64,000 nucleotides of DNA from Octopus sinensis. Its lineage: Eukaryota. The DNA lies in NCBI RefSeq assembly GCF_006345805.1, contig NC_043024.1, forward strand, positions 14,632,001 to 14,696,000. Direction: 5' to 3'. The notes beneath the pieces are model-generated. The model searched no databases and was not told the DNA's origin. It worked only from the letters and a program-made list of their open reading frames with translations. Positions 25,017 to 37,818 of this stretch are shown piece after piece. The translations under genes and the position numbers were made by a program. Numbering within the stretch: the first letter of the stretch is position 1; each line of letters begins with the position of its first letter.

Positions 25017-25574
25017 GACAGGCTTCTTTCAGTTTCCGTCTACCAAATCCACTCACAAGGCATTGGTCGGCCCGGTTCTATAGCAGAAGACACTTGTCCA
25101 AGATGCCACGCAGTGAGACTGAACCCGGAACCATGTGGTTGGTTAGCAAGCTACTTACCTCACAGCCACTCCTGCGCCTATATAATAAATAATATAATAA
25201 ATTCCTCATCTCAGAAATACAGAACTGGGAAATGTTTAGTTTGTTGTCTTACCATTCTTTGTAATGGTTTTGTTTGGAAAACAGGGCGGTGTCTGTGATC
25301 CTTGCAGATTCTGAAAAACCAATGAGATTTGATGCCATTTCTTCTGGCTTTATGTTCTTTCTGAGTTGAAATTTTGCTAAGGTTGACTTTGCCTTTCATC
25401 CTTTCAGGGATCAGAAAATAAGGACCAGTTGAGCACTGGGGTCGAGATAATTGACTTGGAACTTCTCACAAAATTTCAGGCAAATAGGAGAAAAAAACAT
25501 GTTGCTTTTTTTTTAAGTTGATGAGTGTGAGAAAAATATGGGTACAGGGGGAATTCCAGAGGGTTGGGAGTCCT

Positions 25575-27535
25575 TTATTTTACATGTAAATATTGAAAAC
25601 CTGTTTCAGCCCAACTAATTAAGGAGAGAGTCAGTTTGGATGAGATACAGTTTGGGTTCATGCCAGGGAAAAGCACCAATGATGCTATATTTCTGGTAAG
25701 ACAGCTGCAGGAGAAATACCTAGCCAAAGATAAGCCCTGTACCTGGCCTTCGTTGAAAGTCTTTGACAGGGTCCCCCGATCCCTTATCTGGTGGTCAATG
25801 AGGAAACTAGGGATAGATGAATGGTTAGTGAGAGCTGTGCAAGCCATGTACAGGGATGCTGTCAGTAAGGCAAGGGTTGGCAACGAGTACAGTGAAGAAT
25901 TCGGGGTAGAGGTAGGGGTCCACCAAGGTTCAGTCCTCAGCCTCCTCCTATTTATCATAGTCCTCCAGGTAATAATGGAGGAATTCAAGATAGGATGCCC
26001 CTGGGAGCTCCTCTACACTGATGACCTTGCTCTAATTGCTGAGTCACTAATAGAACTAGAGGAGAAGTTTCAAGTGTGGAAACAAGTATTAGAATCGAAG
26101 AGCCTTAGAGTCATTCTAGCTAAAACCAAAGTCCTAATAAGTAGGAAGGCAGGCAAGCCACAAATCCCTTCAGGTAGATGGCCCTGCTCGATCTGTAGAA
26201 CAGGCGTAGGCAGAAACTCTATAAGATGTACCCAGTGTAAGCTCTGGACACAAGAGGTGCAGCAATATCAAAGGAAGGCTAACTGGGAAGATAGTTTTGT
26301 ATGTGACAGATGCTCGGAAGCAATAAATAACACTGAAAATGTGCAGAGAACAGCTTTCATCACATTCCAGGAAGAAAAACTAAAAGTAGTTGATAGCTTC
26401 CGTTACCTAGGTGACCAAGTCAGTAGAGGGGGAGGGTGCACTGAAAGTGTAGCTGCTAGAGTAAGAATAGCCTGGGCTAAGTTCAGAGAGCTCTTACCTC
26501 TGCTGGTGACAAAGGGCCTCTCACTCAGAATAAATGGTAGACTGTATGATGCATGTGTATGAACAGCCATGCTACATGGCAGTGAAACATGGGCCATGAC
26601 TGCTGAGGACATGCATAAGCTCACAAGAAATGAAACCAGTATGCTCCAATGGATGAGTAATGTCAGTGTGCATACTCGACAGAGTGTTAGTGCCTTGAGA
26701 GAAAAGTTGGACCTATGTTGGTGTGCAAGAGAGACGACTGTGCTGGTATGGTCATGTGGCGAAAGTAGATGTGGATAGCTATGTGAAAAAGTGGCACACT
26801 CTAGCAGTTGAGGGAACCTGTGGAAGAGGTAGACCTAGGAAGACCTGGGATGAGTTGGTGAAGCATCACCTTCGAACATTGGACCTTACCAAGGCAATGA
26901 CTAGTAACCGGGACCTTTGGAAATATGCTGTGCTTGAGAAGACTCGGCAAGCATAAGTGAGACCATAACCTTGTGGTCTATGCCAGGGGTATAACCAGTC
27001 CACTTATATTGGACACTAAACTCTGCTTGCAAAGACTTGTTGAGGCAAGTGAAATTGAAATCGAATTCGATGACTGGCATCCATGCTAGTGGAGCACTAA
27101 GAGTACCATACGAGCAAGATCATTGCCAGAGCAACAAGCTGGCCTCCGTGCTGATGGCATGTAAAAATATAACACCATTTGAGTGTGATTGTTACCTGCG
27201 TCGCCCTACTAGCACTTGTGCCGATGGCATGTGAAAAAACATTCGAGCGAGGTCATTGCCAGTGCCGTTGGACTGCCTCCTGTGCAGGTGGCACATAAAA
27301 AAAACACCATTTGAGCATGACCGTTGCCAGTACCGCCTGACTGGCCCTCATGCCAGTGGCACGTAAAAGCACCCACTACACTCTTGGAGTGGTTGGCGTT
27401 AGGAAGGGCAACCAGCTGTAGAAACTCTACCAGATCAGATTGGATCCTGGTGCAGCCATCTGGTTCGCCAGCCCACAGTCAAATCGTCTAACCCATGCTA
27501 GCATGGAAAGCAGACGTTAAACGATGATGATGAAT
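25575..27535 (+). mobile_element. 5'-truncated RTE-clade LINE (reverse transcriptase pseudogene) with 3' UTR and (GAT)n tail
   Basis: QFGFMPGKST...FDRVP...GVHQGSVLS...LLYTDDL, C-terminal GRGRPRKTW, stops and frameshifts. 3' end catgctagcatggaaagcagacgttaaacgatgatgatg. Confidence 0.92.
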
Positions 27536-28438
27536 AACTCATCTCAGATATTTAGACATTTAATCAAAAGACCAATATGTTTAAGGAAGTGGGTAAGTTA
27601 TTTACATTAATCCCAGTGCTTAACTGGTACTTATTTTATTGACCCCAGAAGGATGAAAAGCAAAGTCAATTTGAACTCAGATGGCTGAAATACCACTAAA
27701 CATTTTGCCCAGTATGCTAACAATTCTACCAGTTTGCCACCTTCAATATGATAGTAATAAATAATAAATAAATGCACCCTTTTAAAGCCTAGCCAGGTTC
27801 ATGGGCACAGTTTTCCGGTTTCTATAGCTTATGTGTTCCCCAGCTGGATGGGACACCAGTCCATCGCAGCGTTACTCATTTTTGCCAGCTGAGTGGACTG
27901 GAGCAATGTGAAATGAAGTGTTTCGCTCAAGAACACAACATGTCGCCTGGTCCAGGAATCGAAACCACAATCTTATGATCATGATGCTGACACCCTAACC
28001 ACTAAGCCACGCGCCTCCACTAATATGATAGTAATATTACTAGTTTATTGAATGGCTTTCCTTTATGGTATTTGTTCTAACTCCAGGATGATACATTTCT
28101 TGTCCATGCAACAATTGATGACAACAGATTTTCTGCTGTGAAGAGATTGAGACCAACACTACAGGAACTGAACTGTAAAAGTTATTTTCCTAAGGGGCCC
28201 TAGTTTCCATTTGTTGTACCTGCCATTTTATTTCTACTACTAATACCTTGCATGTTATTAACTCACTTTCCTCCCCTACAAATCTTGTAATTATCAAAAA
28301 AATTCATTAATGTCTCTACTAATTACAACAGCAAACTGTACCCTACCATTGAGTCTACAAATTTAGCTGTTATTGAGATTTTACCTCATGAATTTCAAAT
28401 GTGACATTTTAATAAATCCCTTTTAATTCTTGTTTTAG

Positions 28439-28701
28439 TTAAAAAGTGCAGATTTATGGATGGAATGGCAAATGGGAATTTGATCCCAGATTCTGATATC
28501 TTCATCTCCACTAAGGAATCTCCAGAAGTGCTACGGCCATCTGGAATAGGTTGGAAAATAAAGCCATTTGCTTCATCAAAACTTGAAGTTAAAATTGATA
28601 ACAACATTTTGAAATATGGAGCAGTCGTTATTTTACGGGAACATAAAAATGTAGCTACGTTTTCCATAAGTTTCCAGAAAGATCATTCAAATGTAATAAG
28701 G
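28439..28701 (+). CDS. Exon: N-terminal part of degenerate discoidin/F5-8 type C-like domain, copy 1 (VKKCRFMDGMANGNLIPDSDIF...LRPSGIGW...SNVIR)
   Basis: Acceptor ttcttgttttag, donor AGG|gtaagt, 263 nt (phase 1 to 0), no stops. The motif C-x3-DGM-x5-IPDS...LR...GW resembles the FA58C start C-xx-PLGM-x3-IPDSQI...ARL...GW. Near-identical paralogous exon at 34433. Confidence 0.85.
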
Positions 28702-30094
28702 GTAAGTGACATAAATATTTACTTTTATATTAGTTTAACCCTTTAACATTCAGATTTTTTCTGTCAAACGTAATCCTTATTCTTTAACATTGTTTAAAAT
28801 TAATTATGCATTATCTTGTGGCTTTGAGATTTTGATGATGTGATTGTTTATTTTGAGAATGACGCTGTAGTAATGGAAGGCATTCAATTTGATGCTATAC
28901 TGTGTTAGATATCTTTGTATTTGTTGTGATGGGACATCTGAAATATCATTGTATATTTTAATTGAACACTGAATAATGAAATGAAATTGTAGGGTAGGTG
29001 TGAGAAGCCACATCTATTCTGGACAGATACTCTTTACTCTTTTTACTCTTTTACTTGTTTCAGTCATTTGACTGCGTCCATGCTGGAGCACCGCCTTTAG
29101 TCGAGCAAATCGACCCCGGGACTTATTCTTTGTAAGCCCAGTACTTATTCTATCGGTCTCTTTTACCGAACCGCTAAGTGACGGGGACGTAAACACACCA
29201 GCATCGGTTGTCAAGCAATGCTAGGGGGACAAACACAGACACACAAACACACACATGTATATATACGACAGGCTTCTTTCAGATTCCGTCTACCAAATCC
29301 ACTCACAAGGCATTGGTCGGCCCAGGGCTATAGCAGAAGACACTTGCCCAAGATGCCACGCAATTGGACTGAACCTGGAACCATGTGGTTGGTTAGCAAG
29401 CTACTTACCACACAGCCACTCCTGCGCCAGTTTAAATGCTAAATTGTTAAATGGGGATAGGGACAAATGATGGTAAAGAGAAAAACTAAATTATTTTCAA
29501 CAGATTATCTCTTTTTTTTTTGTAACTTCTCACAGATTCTTTATATTTTTCTTTAAGAAAAAGTTCTATCAGACACAAGAGAGATTTTAAAAATGCAAAT
29601 AACTCTCATATGGAGTGGCTGTGTGGTAAGTAGCTTGTCTACCAACCACATGGCTCTGGGTTCAGTCCCACTGCATAGCACCTTGGGCAAGTGTCTTCTA
29701 CTATAGCCTCGGGCCGACCAAAGCCTTGTGAGTGGATTTGGTAGACGGAAACTGGAAGTCCATCGTATATATGTATATATATATATATATATATCCATGC
29801 TAGCATGGAAAACGGACGCTAAATGATGATGATGATATATATGCGTGTGTGTGTTTGTGTGTCTGTATTTGTCCCCTAGCATTGCTTGACAACCCCGATG
29901 CTGGTGTGTTTATGTTCCCATTACTTAGCGGTTCGGTAAAAGATACCGATAGAATAAGTACTGGGCTTACAAAAGAATAAGTCCCGATTAAAGGCGGTGC
30001 TCCAGCATGGCCGCAGTCAAATGACTGAAACGAGTAAAAGAGTATATATTTGTTATTTATACTAAAAATTACAATTAGGTAATAATTACAATTG

Positions 30095-31180
30095 TGTTGT
30101 CCAGAAAGTTCTTGCTGATTTACAGTAGCTTACCTTTCGACTTATTTTAGAACATGGTTGAGTCCATAAAATAGGATTTGACTACACCTCCATTTAGAGC
30201 ACAGTTTAAGCTATCTTTTCGTGGAAGAAGGTTTATGTTCCTATAACCTCTGTTAATTCTGTAACCCTTTAAAATGGAAGATAAGAAAGTTCATTTTTGG
30301 CACTTGATGCTTTGGGAACCAGACAAAAATTGCTGCAGCTCGGCTGATTTATAGTAGCTTACCTTTCGACTTATTTTAGAACATGGTTGAGTCCATAAAA
30401 TAGGATTTGACTACACCTCCATTTAGAGCACAGTTTAAGCAATCTTTTCGTGGAAGAAGGTTTATGTTCCTATAAGCTGTGTTAATCTTGTAACCCTTTA
30501 AAATGGAAGATAAGAAAGTTCATTTTCGGCACCTGATGCTTTGGGAACCAGACAAAAATTGCTGCAGCTCGGCTGATTTATAGTAGCTTACCTTTCGACT
30601 TATTTTAGAACATGGTTGAGTCCATAAAATAGGATTTGACTACACCTCCATTTAGAGCACAGTTTAAGCAATCTTTTCGTGGAAGAAGGTTTATGTTCCT
30701 ATAAGCTGTGTTAATTCTGTAACCCTTTAAAATGGAAGATAAGAAAGTTCATTTTCGGCACTTGATGCTTTAGGAACCAGACAAAAATTGCTGCAGCTCG
30801 GCTGATTTATAGTAGCTTACCTTTCGACTTATTTTAGAACATGGTTGAGTCCATAAAATAGGATTTGACTACACCTCAATTTAGAGCACAGTTTAAGCTA
30901 TCTTTTCGTGGAAGAAGGTTTATGTTCTTATAATCTGTGTTAATTCTGTAACCCTTTAAAATGGAAGATAAGAAAGTTCATTTTTGGCACTTGATGCTTT
31001 GGGAACCAGACAAAAATTGCTGCAGTTCGGCTGGGATGTGTTACCCCACCCTCCATATTCGCCAGATATTGCTCCTTCGGACTTCCACTTATTCAGGTCT
31101 CTGCAGAATAGTCTTAATGGTGAAAATTTCAATTCCTTGGATGATGTAAAAAGATACCTTGATGAATTCTTTGCCACATC
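30095..31180 (+). mobile_element. Internally deleted mariner (DD34D-type) with its 229-bp 5' segment amplified x4
   Basis: Start MEDKKVHFxHLMLWE fused to KLLQFGWDVLPHPPYSPDIAPSDFHLFRSLQNSLNGENF. Repeat starts at 30114, 30343, 30572 and 30801. Confidence 0.9.
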
Positions 31181-31358
31181 TCAATCATTCTCTCTTCATT
31201 CTGTCAACCATTCTATCTAGCATTTATTGTTGTAACGATGTCTGGTACCGAAAATATTTTTACAGCTACTTTCATTTTTCACCGTCTTCTGTACTGGCAT
31301 ATTTGTGTACACCAACACATAAACAAAATTTTAGAAAGATTGAAGGATCAAGCAAAAA

Positions 31359-31719
31359 CACTGTACTGGTGCCTTAGTGTATCAGTAAATAAGCATTTAC
31401 TGGTACCAAAAAAAATATTACAGCAACTTTTATTGTTTACAATCTTCTGTACTGGTATATCTGTGTATCAGTAAATAACCATGGCTAAATATTTTGTAAA
31501 GGACCTCTTTGTATCTTGGTGTAGAATAATTGTTTTCCCTAGGTATTTTTTGAGCGTATTCAACGTATCTGACCTCCAAACCCACCGCAAACTACTTTTT
31601 TCTGGAAAAGAAAGGGGGAAGGGGGTCGAAAAATTATTTCAAAGTTGCTGTAATATTTTTTTTGGTACCAGAAATCGTTACATGCTTATTTACTGATACA
31701 CTAAGGCACCAGTACAGTG
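31359..31719. mobile_element. MITE-like element with long (about 75-bp, gapped) inverted repeats CACTGTACTGGTGCC...GGCACCAGTACAGTG
   Basis: Arms are directly visible; no target-site duplication recognised. Confidence 0.6.
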
Positions 31720-32637
31720 CTAGTTAGATATAATTCTTGCAAAGTAGGTTCCATAAAGATCTGCCACAATGTTTCATGCAATCCAAGAAATAGGTAGGTG
31801 CAGACTTTATAATGTATACATTGAAGAATATTGTTCTATAGGCGCAGGAGTGGCTGTATGGTAAGCAGCTTGTTTACCAACAACATGGTTCTGGGTTCAG
31901 TCCCACTGCGTGGCACCTTGGGCAAGTGTCTTCTACTATAGGCTCGGGCCGACCAAAGCCTTGTGAGTGGATTTGGTAGACGGAAACTGAAAGAAGCCCG
32001 TCGTATATATGTATATATATATATATATATGTATGTGTGTTTGTGTGTCTGTGTTTGTCCCCCTAGCATTGCTTGACAACCGATGCTGGTGTGTTTATGT
32101 CCCCGTCACTTAGCGGTTCGGCAAAAGAGACCGATAGAATAAGTACTGGGCTTACAAAGAATAAGTTCCGGGGTCGAGTTGCTCGATTAAAGGCGGTGCT
32201 CCAGCATGGCCGCAGTCAAAATGACTGAAACAAGTAAAAAGAAGAAAAAAAAGGGAAAAAAAAGAAAAGTATTTCTGAATAAAAAATGTCAGAGTCATTG
32301 CTAGATAGCTTTGACCATGGTCCAATTGGACCTGTGCTAACCAAGGGCTAAACAAGTGAAACAGCTACAGACAAGAACGTTGAACCAATCAAATTGCTGG
32401 TGGAGTTAACCCTGTACTGCTTATACTGAGGTCTCTTCATTAAATGCAAGCTTTTTCTTTGTTTAGGAAAACAAACAGAATGAATTGGTTTGGTTCTAAT
32501 TTATTTCTCTGGTGGATATTTTGTTGAACTTGATGAGGTATTCACAAAGTCTAAATACAAGACAAGACACTAGGTATTTACTTCACTCTGTAAAATGGTG
32601 TTCTCTTAATATCATGTTTGGTTCTTTTTTGAAATAG

Positions 32638-32773
32638 AGTTTCGGAGCAACTGAAAATGGTACCATACCACAAGGAACAAATGCAGACCAGATTCTGATT
32701 CACTTTCAATCGGTAAACTCACAGGAAGCAATGACTGTCACTATGTCAATTATTGCCTGTTTCCAAACAATAA
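32638..32773 (+). CDS. Exon: C-terminal part of discoidin-like domain, copy 1 (SFGATENGTIPQGTNADQILIHFQSVNSQEAMTVTMSIIACFQTI)
   Basis: Acceptor tctttttttgaaatag, donor A|gtaagt, 136 nt (phase 0 to 1). Ends VTMSIIAC, similar to the FA58C terminal LRxELxGC. Contains an N-G-T sequon. Confidence 0.85.
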
Positions 32774-34137
32774 GTAAGTTAATCATATTTAATTCTATTT
32801 GATGTGCTTCAATGTGTTACTGCTGTGTTTTGTGTGTGTGTGTGTTTGTTTTGTCTGTTTCCTTTTTCTTTTACCTCACATATATATATATGTATTTATA
32901 TGTGTGTATATATTATTACTGTACATGCAGCCTCTTGACTACCATCAACAGGCTCCCACAGGCTGTGTCCAATAGCTCAGAATTCTGTGCAGGAAAGCTC
33001 TGCCAACCATCTTGCTTAGAGTGGAAGAATCAGTAATCAAAGAGTCAGAAGATTTAAAAATAACGAAAAAAAAAAAGTTGAGTTTAACCAAAATAAAAGA
33101 CACTTAATTTAGAGGCAAATAAATGCTTAGGGAATAAATAGTGAGTTCTTTAGAGAGTTCTTTAGAGAGATCTTTAGAGAGTTCTTTCATTCATCTCTGA
33201 AGAGTGTAGATTCCTTTTGCTGAGCTCTTCTTTTATTCAGAAGTTTTTTTTACCTTTTTTGCTCTCTTCTTTTTTTTTTTTTGACTTGACTCTGTTTTTA
33301 CTTCCAAATACACTTTAGTCTCGTACCAACTTCATACTCTGCATTCTTTATGTTGCCAAGTTCACGCTATTTTTGCAGCAAGGTGGAAACCTTCCACCTT
33401 ACAAAGACACCACTGTACACATAAACCAACTCACATTCACAGTCACATCAAACTGGCTTATTACTGTTTTCCTTGACACCTAATACTGTGACAACTGTTC
33501 CTCATGCCTGGCTCCATGGCACTTGTTGAGAGCCTCACTTCGACCTCATGGCACTGAATACTACATAAAGAATTCACATCAGCTTCCAGCACGGATTCCT
33601 GACATGAATTAACTTACCACATATCAATGAGTAGGCTTTATAGTTCGCCCAAACAGTAGAAAGAGTGCCAAAATCACACTTCCTGTGCTGTAAGCAGTAA
33701 CATACCCACAGTAAATGTTTGCTGTCCTGCCTTGGAAAACCAGAGATCGGTGTTCTAATAAGCGTCGTACAAAGGAGAAATTATCTCAATATCATTTTTT
33801 GCTCATAACAATATGTTATTTTTGTATGTGTGTAATTATATGAATACAGAAACACATGCATATGTATTTCGCACAGAACATAAAAAATTTTTTGTATTTG
33901 GTCAATATTCTCTTTCATAATCAAAAACTCCACATAACTGTAGTATTTAATTTCTTTGGACTTAAACATGAACATTGAAAGAAATGCAAGACTGAAATTT
34001 GAAAAAGGCAATTGTAGAAACATCTCTGCAATTTTAATGCCATTTTAGAAATTATACAAAATGAGTAAACATAGTTTCTAGTGCTATATTTTGTATCTGC
34101 CTAAATGTAAAATGAGTTATCTACTTTGCATTTCCAG

Positions 34138-34179
34138 CGCCATCAAGTCCAACACCATATTTAGGACCGAGTCCAACAG
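34138..34179 (+). CDS. 42-nt Pro/Ser/Thr linker exon (T-PSSPTPYLGPSPT)
   Basis: Acceptor ctttgcatttccag, donor CAG|gttagt, phase 1 to 1. Bridges domain copy 1 and copy 2 in frame. Confidence 0.8.
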
Positions 34180-34432
34180 GTTAGTAATTATCAACATGAA
34201 TTCAAACCTTTTATATGCTAACATTTCAATTCATTGTTTATGTTTGTGTATCAGTACAAATGCATGGACAAATCTTGTATTTACCAAAACAATATTTTAC
34301 TAATGTCTCTATTAAATACAGCAGCAAGCCACACCCTGCCATTAAGTCAAGGAATTTAGCTGCTATTGAGATTTTACTTCATGAATTTCAAATGTGACAT
34401 TTTAATAAATCCTTTTTTAATTCTTGTTTTAG

Positions 34433-34695
34433 TTGAAAATTGCAGATTTATGGATGGAATGGCAAATGGGAATTTGATCCCAGATTCTGATATATTCATC
34501 CCCACTAAGGAATCTCCAGAAGTGCTACGGCCATCTGGAATAGGTTGGAAAATAAAGCCATTTACTTCATCACAACTTGAAGTTCAAATTGATAACAACA
34601 TTTTGAAATATGGAGCAGTCGTTATTTTGCGGAAGCATAAAAATGTAGCGACGTTTTTGATAATTTATCAGAAAGATCATTCAAACGTAATAAGG
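34433..34695 (+). CDS. Exon: N-terminal part of discoidin-like domain, copy 2 (VENCRFMDGM...SNVIR)
   Basis: Same 263-nt length and splice sites as 28439-28701; 10 amino-acid differences by my count. Confidence 0.85.
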
Positions 34696-35477
34696 GTAAG
34701 TGACATAAATATTTACTTTTATATTAGTTTAACCCTTTAACATTCAGATATTTTCTGTCAAACGTAATACTTATCCTTTCACATTGTTTTAAATTAATTA
34801 TGCATTATCTTGTGGCTTTGAGATTTTGATGATGTGATTGTTTATTTTGAGAATGACACAGTAGTAACGGAAGGCATTCAATTTGATGCTATACTGTGTT
34901 AGATATCTTTGTATTTGTTGTGATGGGACATCTGAAATATCATCGTATACTTTAATTTAACACTGAATAATGGAAAAGAAGAAATAGCACATTCCATTTG
35001 GCAAAACATAATCCAAATTTCATTAAAGAATAAAGTCTAAAATATTTAACGTACAGGAACAGATGTGGCCTTGTGGTAAAATCTTGCTTTGAAACCATAA
35101 GGTTGCAGGTTAGACCCACTGCAAAAGATGATGGAGTCATTGCTGGACAGCTTTGGCAGTGGCTCAATTGGACCACTGAAGACCAATGGTTAAACCAGAC
35201 TACAGACAAGAATGTTGAGCCAATTAAAGTGCTCAGAGGGGGGAGTTAACCCTGTACTGCTTATACTGAGGTCTTTTAATTAAATGCAAGCTTTTTCTTT
35301 GTTTAGGAAAACAAACAGAATCAATTGCTTTGGTTCTAATTTATTTCTCTGGTGGATATTTTACTGAACTTGACGAGGTATTCACAAAGTCTAAATACAA
35401 GACGAGACACTAGGTATTTACTTCACTCTGTAAAATGGTGTTCTCTTAATATCATGTTTGGTTCTTTTTTGCAATAG

Positions 35478-35613
35478 AGTTTCAAAGCAACTGAAAATGG
35501 TACCATACCACAAGGAACGAATGTAGACCAGATTCTGATTCACTTTCGATCGGTAAACTCAGAGGAAGCAATGACTGTCACTCTGTCAATTATTGCCTGT
35601 TTCCAAACAATAA
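35478..35613 (+). CDS. Exon: C-terminal part of discoidin-like domain, copy 2 (SFKATENGTIPQGTNVDQILIHFRSVNSEEAMTVTLSIIACFQTI)
   Basis: Same 136-nt length and splice sites as 32638-32773; 5 amino-acid differences. Its phase-1 donor matches the phase-1 acceptor at 45671. Confidence 0.85.
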
Positions 35614-35994
35614 GTAAGTTCATCACATTTAATTCTATTTGATGTGCTTCAATGTGTTACTGCTGTGTTTTGTGTCTGTGTGTTTGTTTTGTTTGCTTGT
35701 TTTTTCTTTTACCTTACATGTAACAAAATCGGATTTGAATGAACTGGTTTTCATTCAAGGAGAACACCAGTTGCAAGCATATATATATATCATCATCATC
35801 ATCATCATCCTCATTATTTAACATCTGTAGCAGCTGAATATGATGCTGCTACACCAGTCACTGAGGATTAAACCTTCCTGAACAACCTGATTAACTATAC
35901 AGGTGACTAGACTATACCCTGGTCTAGTCACCTGTATAGATAATCAGCTTATATCTAGTGACTCAGTTGTAACCCACTCCCTCAGATATCAAAG

Positions 35995-36365
35995 AAGCTT
36001 GAGAGGCGGTTGGATGGAACCTACACTCGCCTCCTTATGAGAGCTCAAAATCTCTCATGGAAGCGCCATCCAACCAAAATGCAAATATATGGGAAACTAC
36101 CACCTGTGTCATCTCTTGTGAAAAGTAGGAGAGTCCAGTTTGCTGGACATTGTTGTTGAGCTGAAAAAGAGGTAATTTCTACTCTTATCCTCTGGAAGCC
36201 ATCTACTCGCAATACCAGAGGGCGCACACTCTCCTACCCTGATGTAATCTCCAGGGATACAGGCATCCAGCAACAGGACCTCCGTAATGCTATTGATGGA
36301 CCGTGAAGTCTGGTGTAGCATGGTAAATTCCATTGTCTCGACCACGGTCAGACAATGATGATGAG
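35995..36365 (+). mobile_element. 3' end of a second LINE family (RTE-X-like)
   Basis: Translates LERRLDGTYTRLLMRAQNLSWKRHPTK..IYGKLPPVS...RRVQFAGHC...LILWKP. Confidence 0.6.
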
Positions 36366-36485
36366 ATATTTTAAGCACCTCAGCAGTGATTCCTGGTGCA
36401 CTGGGTGCTTTCCCTTTCTTCATATCCTTAACTGCCTTATCTATCATACTGCTGTCAACTAGGATAGCTGGTCCCTCAGTTTAGT
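36365..36485 (-). mobile_element. RTE pre-RT fragment
   Basis: IDKAVKDMKKGKAPSAPGITAEVLK. Confidence 0.6.
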
Positions 36486-37784
36486 TCATATAAGGGAACT
36501 AAACTGGCGTTAGGAAGGGCATCAAGCTGTAGAAACTCAGCCAGATCAGATTGGAGCCTGGTGCAGCCATATGGTTCACCAGTCCTCAGTCAAATCGTCC
36601 AACCCATGCCAGCATGGAAAGCAGATGTTAAACGATGATGATGATGATGATGATGATGAAGGGAAACTCCCTTTCACCCATTCATTCTCCACATTTCATA
36701 GTAGCACTTTCACACCTCTTTCTTGTCAAAGTCACCAAGTGCAAGCATATCATTATCCATCCATACACACGTCTCCCCCACAACATCTTAATTCTCTTTC
36801 ACATGCTGTCTTGTAATCTGGAACACCTCAAGTCTCTGACCTTCATGCTGTAAGACACCGGCAAACCTCTTCCTTTTTGCTTCTGCTCTAGCTAGATAAA
36901 CCTGTCACCTAGCTTCCCTTTTAGCTATATGATATAGTTCTTAGCTACCCCCACTTTTCTGCTTTTTCCAAACCTGTCTCTACTTTTTTATGGCCCTGTC
37001 ACCCTTATTGTGCCACTACCATGTCACCCTTTAACTAGTAGAAGCTTTGGTCCAACCACAGATTTGGCCTGTTGCCCATCGTATATATGTGTGTATATAT
37101 ATATATGTATTTGTGTGTGTATGTTTGTGTGTCTGTGTTTGTCCCCCCCCCAACATCGCTTAACAACCGATGCTGGTGTGTTTATGTCCCCGTAACTTAG
37201 CGGTTCAGCAAAAGTTTTCCTCTATATCACACATCACTATAATATCTTCTTTCTCATCAAATGCTTCATTTAGAATATCTCTGAATCTCAGCTTATTTGA
37301 AGAATCCTTGAGATTCCATAATCTCCTTTTCCATATCAATTTGTGTCCTTAAGTCTGAAGTAGTGAAGTTATATATATTTATTAGAAATGGAAATCAAAA
37401 TAATAAATTGAACAATTAAATAATTTAATCATTAAATGATAAATTTAATTCAACTTTATTATTTAATACAAACAAATGATACATCCCATAAATTACAACT
37501 GTTTCAACACCATTAATAAAAACAAGTTTTTCAAGAATAATAAAATATCGTTTTAAATATAATGAGGTTTCATCAGATAGACATATCTTCTTAAATATCT
37601 CATGTAAAATAGCAATTGAAAATTTTTACAACTGCTAACGCTTTTCAAAATAACGCTTTTTAAGAGCAAGCTTAATCATAAATAATCTAACTGAAATTTC
37701 ATAAATTCTTAAATTTAAATCTGTTATTATCTAGTGTTCTATAACTGATTTTGTTGCTTAATACACACATTCATATAGACATAT

Positions 37785-37818
<34 letters not shown>

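Noticed and set aside
25636-26956. RT ORF as an active retrotransposon or host gene
   Set aside because: It is 5'-truncated, has stops and frameshifts, and the catalytic motif reads YTDD rather than YADD.
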